From NCBI GenBank assembly GCA_036785375.1, contig JAWMAR010001868.1, positions 62,001 to 126,000 on the forward strand: 64,000 bases of DNA, in the 5' to 3' direction. Both the position numbers and the translations under genes were made by a program. The notes beneath the pieces are model-generated. The model searched no databases and was not told the origin of the DNA. It saw only the letters and a program-made list of their open reading frames with translations. Every line of letters begins with the position of its first letter. Position 1 is the stretch's first letter. The DNA is from Leucoraja ocellata. Taxonomy: Eukaryota. This document shows positions 21,985-35,142 of the stretch, in pieces.

Positions 21985-24420
21985 AATAATAATAATAATA
22001 CATTTTATTTATGGGGGCCTTTCAAGTCTCAAGGACATCTTACAAAAATTTAGCAAGTAGAGGAAAAACATGTAAGCGGAATGAAGTAAATAGTAGAGAC
22101 ATGACTAATACACAAATTAAAGACAGAATTCAATTCAAAACACAATATGAGGCAATTCAAGCACAGATGAAAAGGGAGGGGGACGTGAGGCTAAGTATAG
22201 GCAGAGGTGAAGAGATGGGTCTTGAGGCGGGACTGGAAGATGGTGAGGGACACGGAATTGCAGATCATTTGGGGGAGGTAGTTCCAGAGCCTGGGAGCTG
22301 CCCTGGAGAAGGCTCTGTCCCCAAAACTGCGGAGGTTGGACTTGTGGATGGAGAGGAGACCGGCTGATGTGGACCTGAGGGACCGTGAGGGTTGGTAGGG
22401 GGAGAGGAGGTCAGTGAGATATGGGGGGGCCAGATGGTGGAGGGCTTTGTAGGTGAGGACCAGGATTTTGTAGGTGATCCGGTGGGAGATGGGAAGCCAG
22501 TGAAGTTGTTTGAGGACTGGAGTGATGTGATGCCAGGATTTGGTGTGGGTGATGAGTCGGGCAGCTGCGTTCTGGACCAGTTGGAGTCGGTTGATGTAGG
22601 TGGAGCTAATGCCAAGGAGAAGTGAGTTACAGTAGTCCAGTCGGGAGGAGATGAAGGCATGGATGAGTCTTTCAGCAGCAGGAGGTGTGAGAGAGGGTCT
22701 GATCTTGGCGATGTTGCGGAGGTGAAAGAAGGAGGTTTTAATGACATGGCGGATGTGAGGCTCAAGGGAGAGGGTGCAACCAAAGATCACGCCAAGGTTG
22801 CGGGCCTGGGGAGATGGGGAGACAGTGGTGCCATCGATGGTGAGAGTGGGGTTATTGATTTTGCTGAGTGTGGATTTGGAGCCTATGAGGAGGAATTCTG
22901 TTTTATCGCTGTTGAGTTTGAGGAAGTTATGTTGCATCCAGGTCTTTATAGCTGACAAACAGGAGTTGATATGGGAGAGGGGGGGGGGGGGGGGGGTTGT
23001 GGGGGGATTTGGTGCTGAGGTAGATCTGGGTGTAATCGGCGTAACAGTGGAAGTCCAGGTTGAAGTGGCGGAGTATCTGACCAAGGGGGAGGATGTAGAT
23101 GATGAAGAGGAGGGGGCCGAGTACGGAGCCTTGGGGAACGCCTTGAGTGACTGTGGCTGTAGCAGAGGTGTGGTTATGGAGAGAGATGAAGTGGGATCTG
23201 TTGGAAAGGTAGGAACGGAGCCAGCTGAGTGCAGAACCTTCAATGCCAAGGTCCCCAAGTCTGGTGAGCAGGATGTTATGGTTCACTGTATCGAAGGCCG
23301 CACTCAGGTCGAGGAGGATGAGGATGTTGAGGGAACCAGTGTCAGCAGAGGTGAGGAGGTCGTTGAGGACTTTGAGGAGAGCAGTTTCTGTGCTATGGAG
23401 AAAGCCAGATTGGAAGGGTTCAAATAGGTTATACGCAAGGAGGTGGGAATGAAGTTGTGACGCAACGATACACTCCAGGGTTTTTGAAAGAAAGGGGAGG
23501 TTTGAGATTGGGCGGTAGTTAATGAGAGAGGAGGGATCAAGACCAGGTTTCTTTAAGATTGGTGTGACAGCAGCAGTTTTGAAAGCGGAGGGGACAATTC
23601 CTTGGGACAATGAGGAGTTGAAGAGATTAGTGAGGTAGGGGCAGAGAACGGGGAGGCAGGACTTCAGCAGGGGAGTGGGGAGAGGGTTGAGGGAGCAGGT
23701 AGTGGGTTTGGAAGAGCTGATGAGTTTGGAGATTTCAGTAGGGGTGACCAGGTCAAACTGGGAGAGGAAGCGTGTGGAGGAGGGGTAAGGAGGTCAGTGG
23801 AGATGTTGAAAGGAGGGGCCTTGGTAGGTGGTGGAGTAGAAGCTGGAGAGTCGGGTACAAGGGATAAAGATTGATAGATGGTGCTGATTTTATCAGCGAA
23901 AAAATGGAGGAATGAGTTGCAGAGATCCGGAGTAGAGGTAGGGAGAGTGTTGGTTCGAGGCTTGAGGAGGTTGCCTACTGTGGAGAAGAGGGTTTTGTGG
24001 TTTAGGCAGGGGTCGGTGAATATGGAGGAGAGGTAGGCAGATTTTGCAGCAATGAGGGCATCTTTGTAGGCAGTGAGGTGGAGTTTGTAAGTTTCATGGT
24101 GGACTGTGAGGGATGATTTCTTTGTGAGTCGTTCAAGTCGGCGACCAGTCTGTTTCAGCTTACGAAGTGCAGGCGTGTACCAGGGTGAAGATGTGTTAAA
24201 AGCTACGGTTCTAGTTTTGAGGGGGGCCAGAATGTTAGCCAGGTAGACAAGGTGGAGTTGAGATGGTTTGTGAGATCATCAGGTGAGATATGGGTTGAAT
24301 CCAGGGGGAGAGTGGTGGAGAGCAGGTCAGAGAGATGGTGGGGATCGATGGATTTTAGATTACGGAAGGTGATTTCTCGGAGGAAGCGGGGGCGAGGTGT
24401 CGGTGAAGGGACAGGAGTTA
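21985..24420 (-). mobile_element. L2-clade LINE, 5'-truncated
   Basis: ORFs 22927..23610 and 22191..23258: NYRPISNLPFLSK, LLDLSAAFDTVNH, GVPQGSVLGP, HCYAD, LIHAFISSRLDYCNSLL, HITPVLKQLHWLP; (TTA)n tail at 21985. Confidence 0.92.
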
Positions 24421-24476
24421 CTTCGATTATGCGACCATTGCGCGCTCGGGTGTCCGATGACGTTAAGGTCATGTAT

Positions 24477-25378
24477 AGGGAGGTTTCACGGCAGTCGGGT
24501 CACGACCCATGACCCGTACTGTTGCTACACCACTCAAACTGGAGTACAAGCGATGAACTGCAGGTAGGCACTAACCATTGTTTCCAGCGTAGTGGGCCCG
24601 TTAAAACCCGCTGAAATTATCAATTTTTGCGCTGTAAATAATTATGGAAACCGGGATAAGCTGAGAGACATTTAGCCTACTTCAGAATTCCAAACGGGAG
24701 TAGAAATGACGGTAGATAGAAGCGAGAGCTGAAGGGACAACAACAGACAGAGTGCTTGGCGAACATTGGCCTTTTGCTCACTGCATTTCATCAACTAAGG
24801 CATTATTTGAAGGTTTTTTCTTGATTCCTTTGGCATCTAAAAAGTTTCAGAACTGATAAATCAGGCTGTAAAATTTTAAAATCTCCCATAGTTCTCAAGT
24901 GGGTTTTTACCTACAAAATGAAAACTTATCTGAAGCAAAATTTACAGCTAGATTTATCACTTCTGAGACTTTTTAGATACCAAAGGAATCAAGAAAAACC
25001 ACAAATAATGTCTTACTGTTGATGAAATGCAGTGAGCAAACGCGATGATTCCCAATATTTTCAATTCCGATATCTGCACGGCCAATGTTCGCCAAGCACT
25101 TTAGCTGCTGTTGTCCCTTCAGCTCTCACTTCTCTTTACCTTCATTTCGCTTCACGATTGGAATTCTGAAGTTGGGTACATGTCTCTCACGCTTACCCCG
25201 ACTTACACAATTTTTTACAGCGCTATAATTCAATATTTTTGGGATTTTTAACAGGTAGGAAAGTACGCGTTTCTTGCATTAATAAAATATACCGGAAGTT
25301 ACGGATGTCCTCCAGATGAATTGAGCGGCCCCGTGCGTCAAGCCCTATGACCCAGTGACCTTACGTGCACACCCCCCT
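24477..25378. mobile_element. Foldback MITE, possibly PIF/Harbinger-like
   Basis: Termini AGGGAGGTTTCACG / CGTGCACACCCCCCT flanked by TAT on both sides; long internal inverted arms (~24660-24880 vs ~24945-25195). Confidence 0.7.
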
Positions 25379-26564
25379 TATATTTGAATGCATTTTATGC
25401 CAAAGTTCCAGGAGAAGAGCGACCACGTAGGCGCTTTTCACAACCGCCCCTTATACAGTAGCCATCTTCTACAAATAGGTCGTTGTGGTGAACTGTTTGC
25501 TCCACCAAGCTCTAAGCAATATCACAATGCCTTCTGATATTACTGTCGAATATTCCAAAAAATGTTTCAAAGCAATGAGAGTACACTTGATACAGCTGAC
25601 ACTGGCACAGAGATCAGCAAAGTACATGGGTATGATTCTGGGCATGGAGTCTAGAACGGGTAAGATGAGACAATGATAGACATTAAGAATTAATCACCAG
25701 CATCTAGAGTTAGCTGGGATCACATTACTCCAACGGATAGTAAATGAGTTCAGATCGATTTGCCTGTTACCCATCTTGGGCAGCTTTCACTTAGACATTG
25801 GTTGGGCCTTTGACGGTGGGTGAGTGAGGTAGTCCGAGTGACTTCAGAGTGAGCCCCCAAATTAAGAATAGGCCACACGGAGCCACAAAGCCACTCATCC
25901 CACTAGTTGGGTATCCTGGACTACTCTCAGCTGATTGCATTTGGCCCATTCAGTGCACTATCAGGGTAACCGCGACTAAAGTGATTGGGCCCAGAGTACA
26001 TTGAATAGAGATTGAGCCTACTTTCTGTGGCATCATGCAACACCAACACTGAATGGGCCTTGTGTTTTCGGACCTTACATTGTTTGAATACTGAGTGGGC
26101 CTGGCGTCATGGGCCCCAATATCGGGCCAGTGTTTCCCTCCAGTTACCACCTTAGGAGACATAGAGTTAGATGTTTTGCCACAAAAGTGGAAGGCAGTGG
26201 GAGCAGTAATATGGCAGGAATAGGCTTCTTCGCCCCGGGACCAAATAGAGCCCTTACCGGGTACATAAAAGTGCACCTGATGTGCTTAGATTCCCGCGGA
26301 GGCTCCGGCCAATAGTTTGGTAGAAGCTGGTTATACCAAGGGTTTGGCGTAGAGCAGGGGGAATGTTCATTCCCAAGAAGAAAGAGTCTCCAGAGTTAAA
26401 TCAGTTTAGGTTATTTGTCTCCTAAATGTAGAAGGCAAGATTTTCTTTTGGATAGTGGCACAGAGGCTAGCAAGTTATTTAGAATGAAACAGGTTAATTG
26501 ATACCACAGTGCAGAAAGTAGGTATACCAGGGTTCGCAGGTTACTTAGAACAGATTAGTAAAAT

Positions 26565-29285
26565 ATAGAAACATAGAAAATAGGTGCAGGAGGAAGCCGT
26601 TCGGCACCCATTCAATATGATCATCCAAAATCATTACCCATTTCCTGCTTTCTCCCCATATCCCTTGATTCCGTTAGTCCCAAGCAGTATATATAGCTCT
26701 CTCTTGTAAACATCCAGTGAATTGGCCTCCACTGCCTTCTGAGACAGAGAATTCCACAAATTCACAACTCTCTTGCTAAAAAAAAAGTTTTTCCTCATCT
26801 CAACAGTAAATGACCTAGCCCTTATTCTTAAACCGTGCCCCATATGTCTGAACTCCCCCCAACATCAGGAACATTCTTCCCGCATCCAGCCTGTCCAAAC
26901 CCTTAAGAATTGTATATGTTTCTATAAGATCTCCTCTCATCCTTCTTAATCCCTTCATTTAAGCCCAGTCGATCCATTCTTTCATCATATGTCGGTCCAG
27001 ACATCCCTGGAATTAACCCTGTGAACCTACGCTGTACTCATTCAATGACAAGAATGTCCTTCCGCAAATTAGGGTCCAAAACTGCACATGATGCTCAGGT
27101 GTGTTCTCACCAGAGCCCTGTACAACTGCAGTTGGTCCTCCTTGCTCCTATACTCAAATCCTCTCGCTATGAAGGACAACTTGCCAGTTGCTTTCTTCAC
27201 TGCCTGCCTAACCTGTATGCTTACTTTCAGTGACAATTGTACAAGGACACACAAGTCTCGTTGCACCTCCCCTTTTCTTAATCTGACACCATTCAGATAA
27301 TAATCTGCCTTCTTGTCCTTGCCACCAAAGTGGATGACCTCACATTTATCCACATTATACTGCATCTGCCGTGCATCTGCCCACTCACCCAACCTATCTA
27401 ACTCACCCTGTAGCCTTAAATAATCCTCCTCACAGCTCACACTACCACCCAGTTCGGTGACATCCGCAAACTTGGAGATGCGAAATTTAATTATTTTGTC
27501 TAAATCATTAATCTATATTGAAAATCCTAGCATTGAACCGTGTGGGCACCCCACCCGTCACGGCCTGACATTCTACAACGGGCCCGTTAATTCCTACTCT
27601 TTGCTTCCTGTCTGCCAACCAGTTCTCTTTTCAAAGGCCTTTTGAAAGTCCAGATGCACCACATCCACAGGCTCTCCCTTATCCATTTTCCCTCTTACAT
27701 ACTCAAATAATTCTAGAAAATGAGTCAATATTGGAAAATGATCACAAATACATCCGCGATTTCAAGGGTCACCTCCTTGTGTTGTTTCGGATGCAGACCA
27801 TCAGGCCCTGGGGATTTACATGTCTTCTGTCCCAACAGTTTACCTAACAACATTTCCTGAATCATGTGGATTCCCTTCACTTCCTCCCTCCCACTAGATC
27901 CTCGGTCCCCTTGTATTTCTGGGAGACTGTTTGTGTCTTCCTTAGTGAAGACAGAACCAAAGTATTTGTTTAACTGATCTGCCAATTTCTTGGTCACCGT
28001 TACAAATTAACCTGTTTCTTACTGTAAGGGGCCTATATTTGTCTTCACTAATATTATCCCCGCAAGTTTCCTTTCATGCTCCATTTACCCCACTTCATTA
28101 ATCCCTTTATCATATAACCATATAACAATTACCGCCACTGAAACAGGCCATCTCGACCCTTCTAGTCCGTGCCAAACACGTATTCTTCCCTAGTCCCATA
28201 TACCTGCGCTCAGACCATAACCCTCCATTCCTTTCTCATCCATATAACTATCCAATTTACTTTTAAATGATAAAAACGAACCTGCCTCCACCACCTTCAC
28301 TGGAAGCTCATTCCACACAGCCACCACTCTCTGAGTAAAGAAGTTCCCCCTCATGTTACCCCTAAACTTCTGTCCCTTAATTCTCAAGTCATGTCCCCTT
28401 GTTTGCATCTTCCCTCCTCTCAGTGGGAAAAGCTTATCCACGTCAACTCTGTCTATCCCTCTCATCATTTTAAAGACCTCTATCAAATCCCCCCTTAACC
28501 TTCCGCGCTCCAAAGAATAAAGCCCTAACTTGTTCAACCTTTCTCTGTAACTTAGTTGCTGAAACCCAGGCAACATTCTAGTAAATCTCCTCTGTACTCT
28601 CTCTATTTTGTTCACATCCTTCCTATAATTAGTCGACCAAAATTGTACCCCATACTCCAGAATTGGCCTCACCAATGCCTTATCCTCCTCTGTTAAATTT
28701 TAAATTTCCCCCAGTCCACCGGTTTGCTGCTTTATCTGGACAATTTATATGCCTGGATTTAACATTCCCAAATTTCCATCATTTGCCATGGTTGAGCCGC
28801 CTTCCCTGTTTTATTTTTACACCAGACAGGGGTGAACAATTGGTGCAAATCATCCATAGGATCTTTGAATGTTTGCCATTGCATATCTAGCCTTTAAGTA
28901 CATTTGCCAGTTTATCCCAGCCAATTCCCACATCATACCGTCAAAATCTGATTCAGTTTGATCACAGTTATGAATAGCTATGGCACTAGATTCAGACTGC
29001 CAAGCTCGAGAGAAGAGGTTTGCATGGCCTTCATAACAAGAAGAGTTGAGTATAGGAGCAAAGTAGTCCTTCTGCAGTTGTACAGGGCCCTGGTGAGACC
29101 ACACCTGGAGTATTGTGCACAGTTTTGGTCCCCTAATTTGATGAAGGACATTCTTGCTAATGAGGGAATGCAGCGTAGGTTTACAAGGTTAATTCCCGGG
29201 ATGGCGGGACTGTCATATGCTGAGAGAATGGAGCGGCTGGGCTTGTATACACTGGAATTTAGAAGGATGAGAGAGGATCTTAATG
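26565..29285. mobile_element. Cluster of CR1 fragments (mostly - strand; + strand fragment 29015-29285)
   Basis: ORFs 26634..26843, 27069..27440, 27725..27997, 28190..28675 (-) and 28958..29314 (+) all encode CR1 ORF2 pieces. Confidence 0.85.
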
Positions 29286-30002
29286 ATACACATAGTTTCC
29301 TTGTAATTAAGTAAGTAAATGTTATTTATATAGCACGTTTAAATCAACTCGCGTTGAAACTAAAGTGCTTTACACAAAAGAAACAATAAAGTTTCCGTAC
29401 ATCTATAGTAAAATTAATAAAGAGAAAAATGACACAACACATTATAGAATTCAACAAGAACGTCTCCCCCATAACAGAATCAAAAATGTCCACTGTGGGG
29501 AAAGGCACCAGAAAGTTAAGTCTTCCTCTGTGAATCACTCGAGGTCGGGGCCCAATTGTGGCCCCGCAGCCAGTCCGATGTTTTCAGGCCCTCTTGCCGG
29601 GAAGCTGGAACTCCGGCGTCAGGTGAACACTCCTCAGCATCTTGTAAATGTCAGGAGCGGCCACTTCCTCCCTGGAGACCGCGGCTCCTGAAGTCCTCAG
29701 GCCGCGCTGACTGGAGCTTCGACTCTGGCGATCTCGGATCCCAGGCTCCACGGTGCTCCAAATCCAGCACCGCCCGCGGCTGGACGCCCGCAGCCACAGC
29801 TCCTCGGATGTTAGTTGGCGGTGAACGCACTCCGGAGCTTTCCGCACGGCGACCTGGGTAGGGCATCAACTGCTCCGTGTTGGTGTCCCAGCGCTGTGCC
29901 ACCGCCGAAGCTGTAGTCCCAGCCGGTACCGACGGGAAACGCAGCTCCAGCCCGAGGTAGGCCGCGAGGAAGGGGCAAAGAAACAGCTCGGAGGGAAACT
30001 GC

Positions 30003-31960
30003 TTAAGAAGGAACTGCAGATGCTGGAAAATCGAAGGTACACAAAAATGCTGGAGAAACTCAGCGGGTGCAGCAGCATCTATGGAGCGAAGGAAATAGGC
30101 AACGTTTCGGGCCGAATCCCTTCTTCAGACTGATAGGGGGTGGGGGGAGGCGGTGAGAAGAAAGGAAAAAGGAGGAGGAGCCCGAAGGCGGAGGTAGGAA
30201 GGGGAGGAGACACAGGGCTCTCGCTTAACTTTTTTTCCCTGTTGCCAGCCGGGCAACCTCGGCAGCTTTTTAGGTTGCCAAATGACATTTTAGGTAGTCA
30301 TTTAAGATGGCTTGCATGAAGCGTGCTCGGACGAAGTGCGCAGTTACCAGTCGGAATTATGCATTCACATATTATTTCTGCTTCAAATAAAGTCACAAAC
30401 TAACATATTCACCAATGAAGACATGATATGCAGCAAAATTATAATACGGTATCTCAACTCTTTTTACACATTGCAATTAATGCAATTTTTATTATTTCTT
30501 TCCACTTCCAAACAAAAATGTGGTTGGATTATTCAGCGTATGATCAACCTATGTCAATAAATCCTGGACCTTGATAACATATATGCTTAACCATGCACAC
30601 TACAATCATGTTTTCTGTGAAGGACCGAACATTATCATGACATGGCCATAGCATGGGTCGTTATTGCTATTGGTACAGAAACACTCTCACTCATGCGCAC
30701 ACTCATACGCGAGGATTCGGGGGCTTCTGTGAACTGAAATTTCAGCTCAATCCAGCGCTAAATGCAGCTCAGCTGCCTGTCCCGCCTACAGCCCCGTCTC
30801 AATCCACACATTGCTGCTGGTTAACCTGGCGGGACAGGCAGAGTGAGCTGGGTTTAGAGCTGATTCTCTGCGCCGGCTGTGGGCCTGGGGGCGCCGAGCC
30901 CCTCTGACTCCCGACGCCTCTGGCCACCCCCGGGCATGAGGAGGCTCTCGGGCGGGGGCGGGGACGGGGATGGTCCAGTGGCGGTTCGGCAGCGATTGCA
31001 GCGCCGGAGACCGGGATCGATCCTGGCTGCAGTGCAGGTCTGCCGAGAGTGTTTTGGTTCGTCTCCCTCCTCCAATCACCCCCCTCCCCCTACTCTACTT
31101 CCACCTCTGACCGACACCTCCTCCGAGGGTCTGTTTTGAAAGCGCCGTTGGCGGATTGGCAGCAGCTGCCGCTAACACGCCGGACCGGGCGGGGTGCGGG
31201 GAGGAGATGGAGCCGTCGCTGCTGCCCGTCTTTAGCTCCGACCCTCCGTCACGCCACACTTGGCATCTTTCCAACAACCAGCGCCGACACAAAACGTCAT
31301 GTTCCTTTTCTCCAGAGATGCTGCTGGACCCGCGGAGTTACTCCTGTTTTTGTGTGTCTATCTTCGGTATAAACCAAGTTACCAAGCCGGGCAAAATGAC
31401 TCGCCATTTAGGTTGCCCGGCGGCAGTTTGAGTGGTCATTGGCACCCGGGCAACCGTGAATTTCGATCCCTGAGACAGCAAGGGTTAACAGAATTGTGAG
31501 AATTCAATGTTCATGCCCCCAGGATACAGACTCCCCAAGCGGAATATGCGGTGCTATTCCTCCAATTTCCAGTGTTGCTCGCTCTGGCCGTGGAGGAGGC
31601 CCAGGACAGAGAGGTCGGATTGGGAATGGGAGGGGGAGTTGAAGTGCTGAGCTACCGGGAAGTCAGGTAGGTTCTTGCGGACTGAGCGGAGGTGTTCGGC
31701 GAAACGATCGCCAAGCCTGCGCTTGGTCTCACCGATATAGATCAGCTGACATCTAGAGCAGCGGATGCAATAGATGAGGTTGGAGGAGGTGCAGGTGAAC
31801 CTCTGTCGCACGACTGCTTTGGTCCTTGAATGGAGTCGAGGGGGTAGGTAAAGCGACAGGTGTAGCATCTCTTGCGGTTGCAAGGGAAAGTGCCCGGGGA
31901 AGGGGCGGAGCGGGAAGAAGGGAAGAATTGACAAGGGAGTTGCGCTGTTCCTTCTTAAAC
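30003..31960 (-). mobile_element. Penelope-like element fragment (GIY-YIG endonuclease + pLTR with hammerhead motif), interrupted by a DNA transposon
   Basis: ORF 31554..31988(-) RQRFTCTSSNLIYCIRCSRCQLIYIGETKRRLGDRFAEH; pLTR at 30003-30212 with hammerhead motif at 30101-30128(-). Confidence 0.88.
30213..31472. mobile_element. Non-autonomous DNA transposon with CAGGG termini and 5-bp TSD (hAT5-like)
   Basis: Termini CAGGGCTC...GATCCCTG; TSD AGACA at 30208-30212 and 31473-31477; removing it restores the Penelope sequence seen near 51910-51940; subterminal CCGGGCAA / TTAGGTTGCC motifs. Confidence 0.8.
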
Positions 31961-33039
31961 AGTTGATGTTCACCTGCACCTCCTCCAACCTTATCTAACC
32001 AATCCTCTGGCTTCCTGCTACTCTTTGCTCTGTTATACATCTTTTCTTTTAGTTTTATTCTATCCCTAACTTCTCTTTATATTCCTGGCCAGCTTCCTCC
32101 AATCGCATCTGAATCAGTTTCCATCTGATTACACTCCTTGAGGATGTTCATCTACATGTTCAATTAATAAAACAACAAGATTTATTCAACCTGTTCAAGG
32201 AATTTGGGGTGGGGGTGTGGGGTTTAGAAATAGTCAGTGAGGTAAACGAACATAATAGTTGAGTGGCAAATGACAATAGTGCTACCTTCCCAATATTTAA
32301 CTGAAGGAAATAATGGGTTATCGGGGCTGTATGTTGTGACAGACAGTCTGACACCTTGTATCTCATTTTAATATTACACTTATCCCATCCCCCTGGATAT
32401 TCCGGATTAATAAATTAAGGTTTTTTCAACTAATTACAAATCAGGCTAATTACAAATCAATAACATTAGCCAACTCCGAAACACAAATCGCTGAGGATTG
32501 GGATTAAGGCATTACGGACAACTGGCCTCAGTTCCCCGCTCACATCTGGTAGTGCTCTCCGTCTGAGGTTTCAGGGGCCGTGGAGTGTTTTTGTAAGTAG
32601 GGGGGCTGAGTCACTGTCCTTGGGGGTAGGCGGCGAGGGAGTGGAACAACCGAGTGGGGGGCGGGTGTGGGAGGGGGGTAGGGACTTTTTGAAATTTGTT
32701 GTATTAAAATCATCTTTTAGTGCATTATAGAAGTATGATTTAAATGTTTTTTGTTTGAAGTATTTTTAAGAGGTAACATTTTAAGGGTGGTGGGTGTATG
32801 GATCAAGCTGCCAGACGAGGTAGTTGAGGCAGGTACTATCCCAAAATTTAAGTAAGTTTGACTGATACATGGATAGGACAGGTTTGGAGGGATATTGACC
32901 AAAAGCAAGTAGTGCAACTTTAGACCCCCCTCTAAACCCAATCTAAGGATAAAGGGGAAATCTTTTAGACTGAGATGAGAAAGGTGAATCTCTGGAATTC
33001 TATGCCACAGAATGTAGTTTCTATTTTTCTAACGCCCTC

Positions 33040-35140
33040 TAATCACCACTAAACCCCTCTAACCCCCACTAAACCAGTGAAAACCTCTCTAAACCCATCC
33101 AAACCCGTCCAAACCCGCCTAAACCTATCTAAACCCCTCTAACGCTCTCTAACCCCGCTAAACACGGGAATAGTGCTGGAGGATTGGCGTACTGCGCATG
33201 TTGTTCCATTGTATAAAAAGGGGTCTACGAGTAAACCTAGCAATTATAGACCTGTTAGTTTGACGTCAGTGGTGGGCAAATTAATGGAAAGAATACTTAG
33301 AGATAATATATATAAGCATCTGGATAAACAGGGTCTCATTAGGAACAGTCAACATGGATTTGTGCCTGGAAGGTCATGTTTGACAAATCTTCTTGAATTT
33401 TTTGAAGATGTTACTCGGGAAATTGATGAGGGTAAAGCAGTGGATGTTGTGTATATGGACTTCAGTAAGGCCTTTGACAAGGTTCCTCATGGAAGGTTGG
33501 TTAAGAAGGTTCAATGGTTGGGTATTAATGGTGGAGTAGCAAGATGGATTCAACAGTGGCTGAATGGGAGATGCCAGAGAGTAATGGTGGATGGTTGTTT
33601 GTCAGGTTGGAGGCCAGTGACGAGTGGGGTGCCACAGGGATCTGTGTTGGGTCCACTGTTGTTTGTCATGTACATCAATGATCTGGATGATGGTGTGGTA
33701 AATTGGATTAGTAAGTATGCAGATGATACTAAGATAGGTGGGGTTGCGGGTAATGACGTAGAGTTTCAAAGTCTACAGAGAGATTTATGGCAGTTGGAAG
33801 AGTGGGCTGAAAGATGGCAGATGGAGTTTAATGCTGATAAGTGTGAGGTGCTACATCTTGGCAGGACAAATCAAAATAGGACGTACATGGTAAATGGTAG
33901 GGAATTGAAGAATGTAGGTGAACAGAGGGATCTGGGAATAACTGTGCACAGTTCCCTGAAAGTGGAATCTCATGTAGATATGGTGGTAAAGAAAGCTTTT
34001 GGTGTGCTGGCCTTTATAAATCAGAGCATTGAGTATAGAAGTTGGGATGTAATGTTAAAATTGTACAAGGCATTGGTGAGGCCAATTCTGGAGTATGGTG
34101 TACAATTTTGGTCGCCTAATTATAGGAAGGATGTCAACAAAATAGAGAGAGTACAGAGGAGATTTACTAGAATGTTGCCTGGGTTTCAGCAATTAAGTTA
34201 CAGAGAAAGGTTGAACAAGTTAGGGCTTTATTCTTTGGAGCGCAGAAGTTTAAGGGGGGGACTTGATAAAGGTTTTTAAAATGATGAGAGGGATAGACAG
34301 AGTTGACATGGAAAAGCTTTTCCCACTGAGAGTAGGGAAGATTCAAACAAGAGGACATGACTTGAGAATTAAGGGACTGAAGTTTAGGGGCAACATGAGG
34401 GGGAACTTCTTTACTCAGAGAGTGGTAGCTGTGTGGAATGAGCTTCCAGTGAAGGTGGTGGTGGCAGGTTCGTTTTTATCATTTAAAAATAAATTGGATA
34501 GTTATATGGATGGGAAGGGAATGGAGGGTTATGGTCTGAGCGCAGGTATATGGGACTAGGGGAGATTATGTGTTCGGCACGGACTAGAAGGGTCGAGATG
34601 GCCTGTTTCCGTGCTGTAATTGTTATATAAACACCTACAAACCCTCTATTAAACCTCTCTAAAACCCTCTAAACAACTCTGAACACTTCTAAAGCCCACT
34701 AAATTCCTCGGCTCCCTCTAAACCCCTCTAGACCCCCTGTAAACCCCTCTAAACCCTATAAACCACTCTAAACACATCAAAAGCACTCTAAACCCCTTTA
34801 ACCCCTGTATACCCCTCTAAACCCCTCCAAAGCCCACTAAACCCCTCGAAAGCTCTCTAAACACATCTAAAGCCCTCCAAACCCCATCCAAACCTCTCTA
34901 AACTCGTTTAAACCCGTCTAAACCGCACTAAACCCCTCTGATTCCATCTAAACCCCTCCAAACCCCTGTAACCCCTCGAAAAACCTTTAAACCCGTCTAA
35001 ACACTTCGAAATATCTCTAAACCCCCCTAAGCCCCTCTAAACCCCTTGAAACTCCTCTAGACTCCTCTATGCCCATCGAATCCCCCTCTAAACACTTCAA
35101 ACCCCCCACACCTATCTAATCCCCTCTAATTCTCCTCTAA
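33040..35140 (-). repeat. Degenerate 10-mer satellite (CCCCTCTAAA)n, interrupted by a CR1 insertion
   Basis: Repeated aaacccctct units at 33040-33165 and 34630-35140. Confidence 0.9.
33166..34628 (+). mobile_element. 5'-truncated young CR1 LINE (RT + C terminus)
   Basis: ORF 33173..34279 (NYRPVSLTS, YMDFSKAFD, GVPQGSVLGP, KYADD); frameshift at a G run into ORF 34263..34559. Confidence 0.93.
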
Positions 35141-35142
35141 AC

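Noticed and set aside
25680-26400. Possible endogenous retrovirus or gene fragment (ORF 25950..26276)
   Set aside because: No motif I can recognise; it would need a translated database search.
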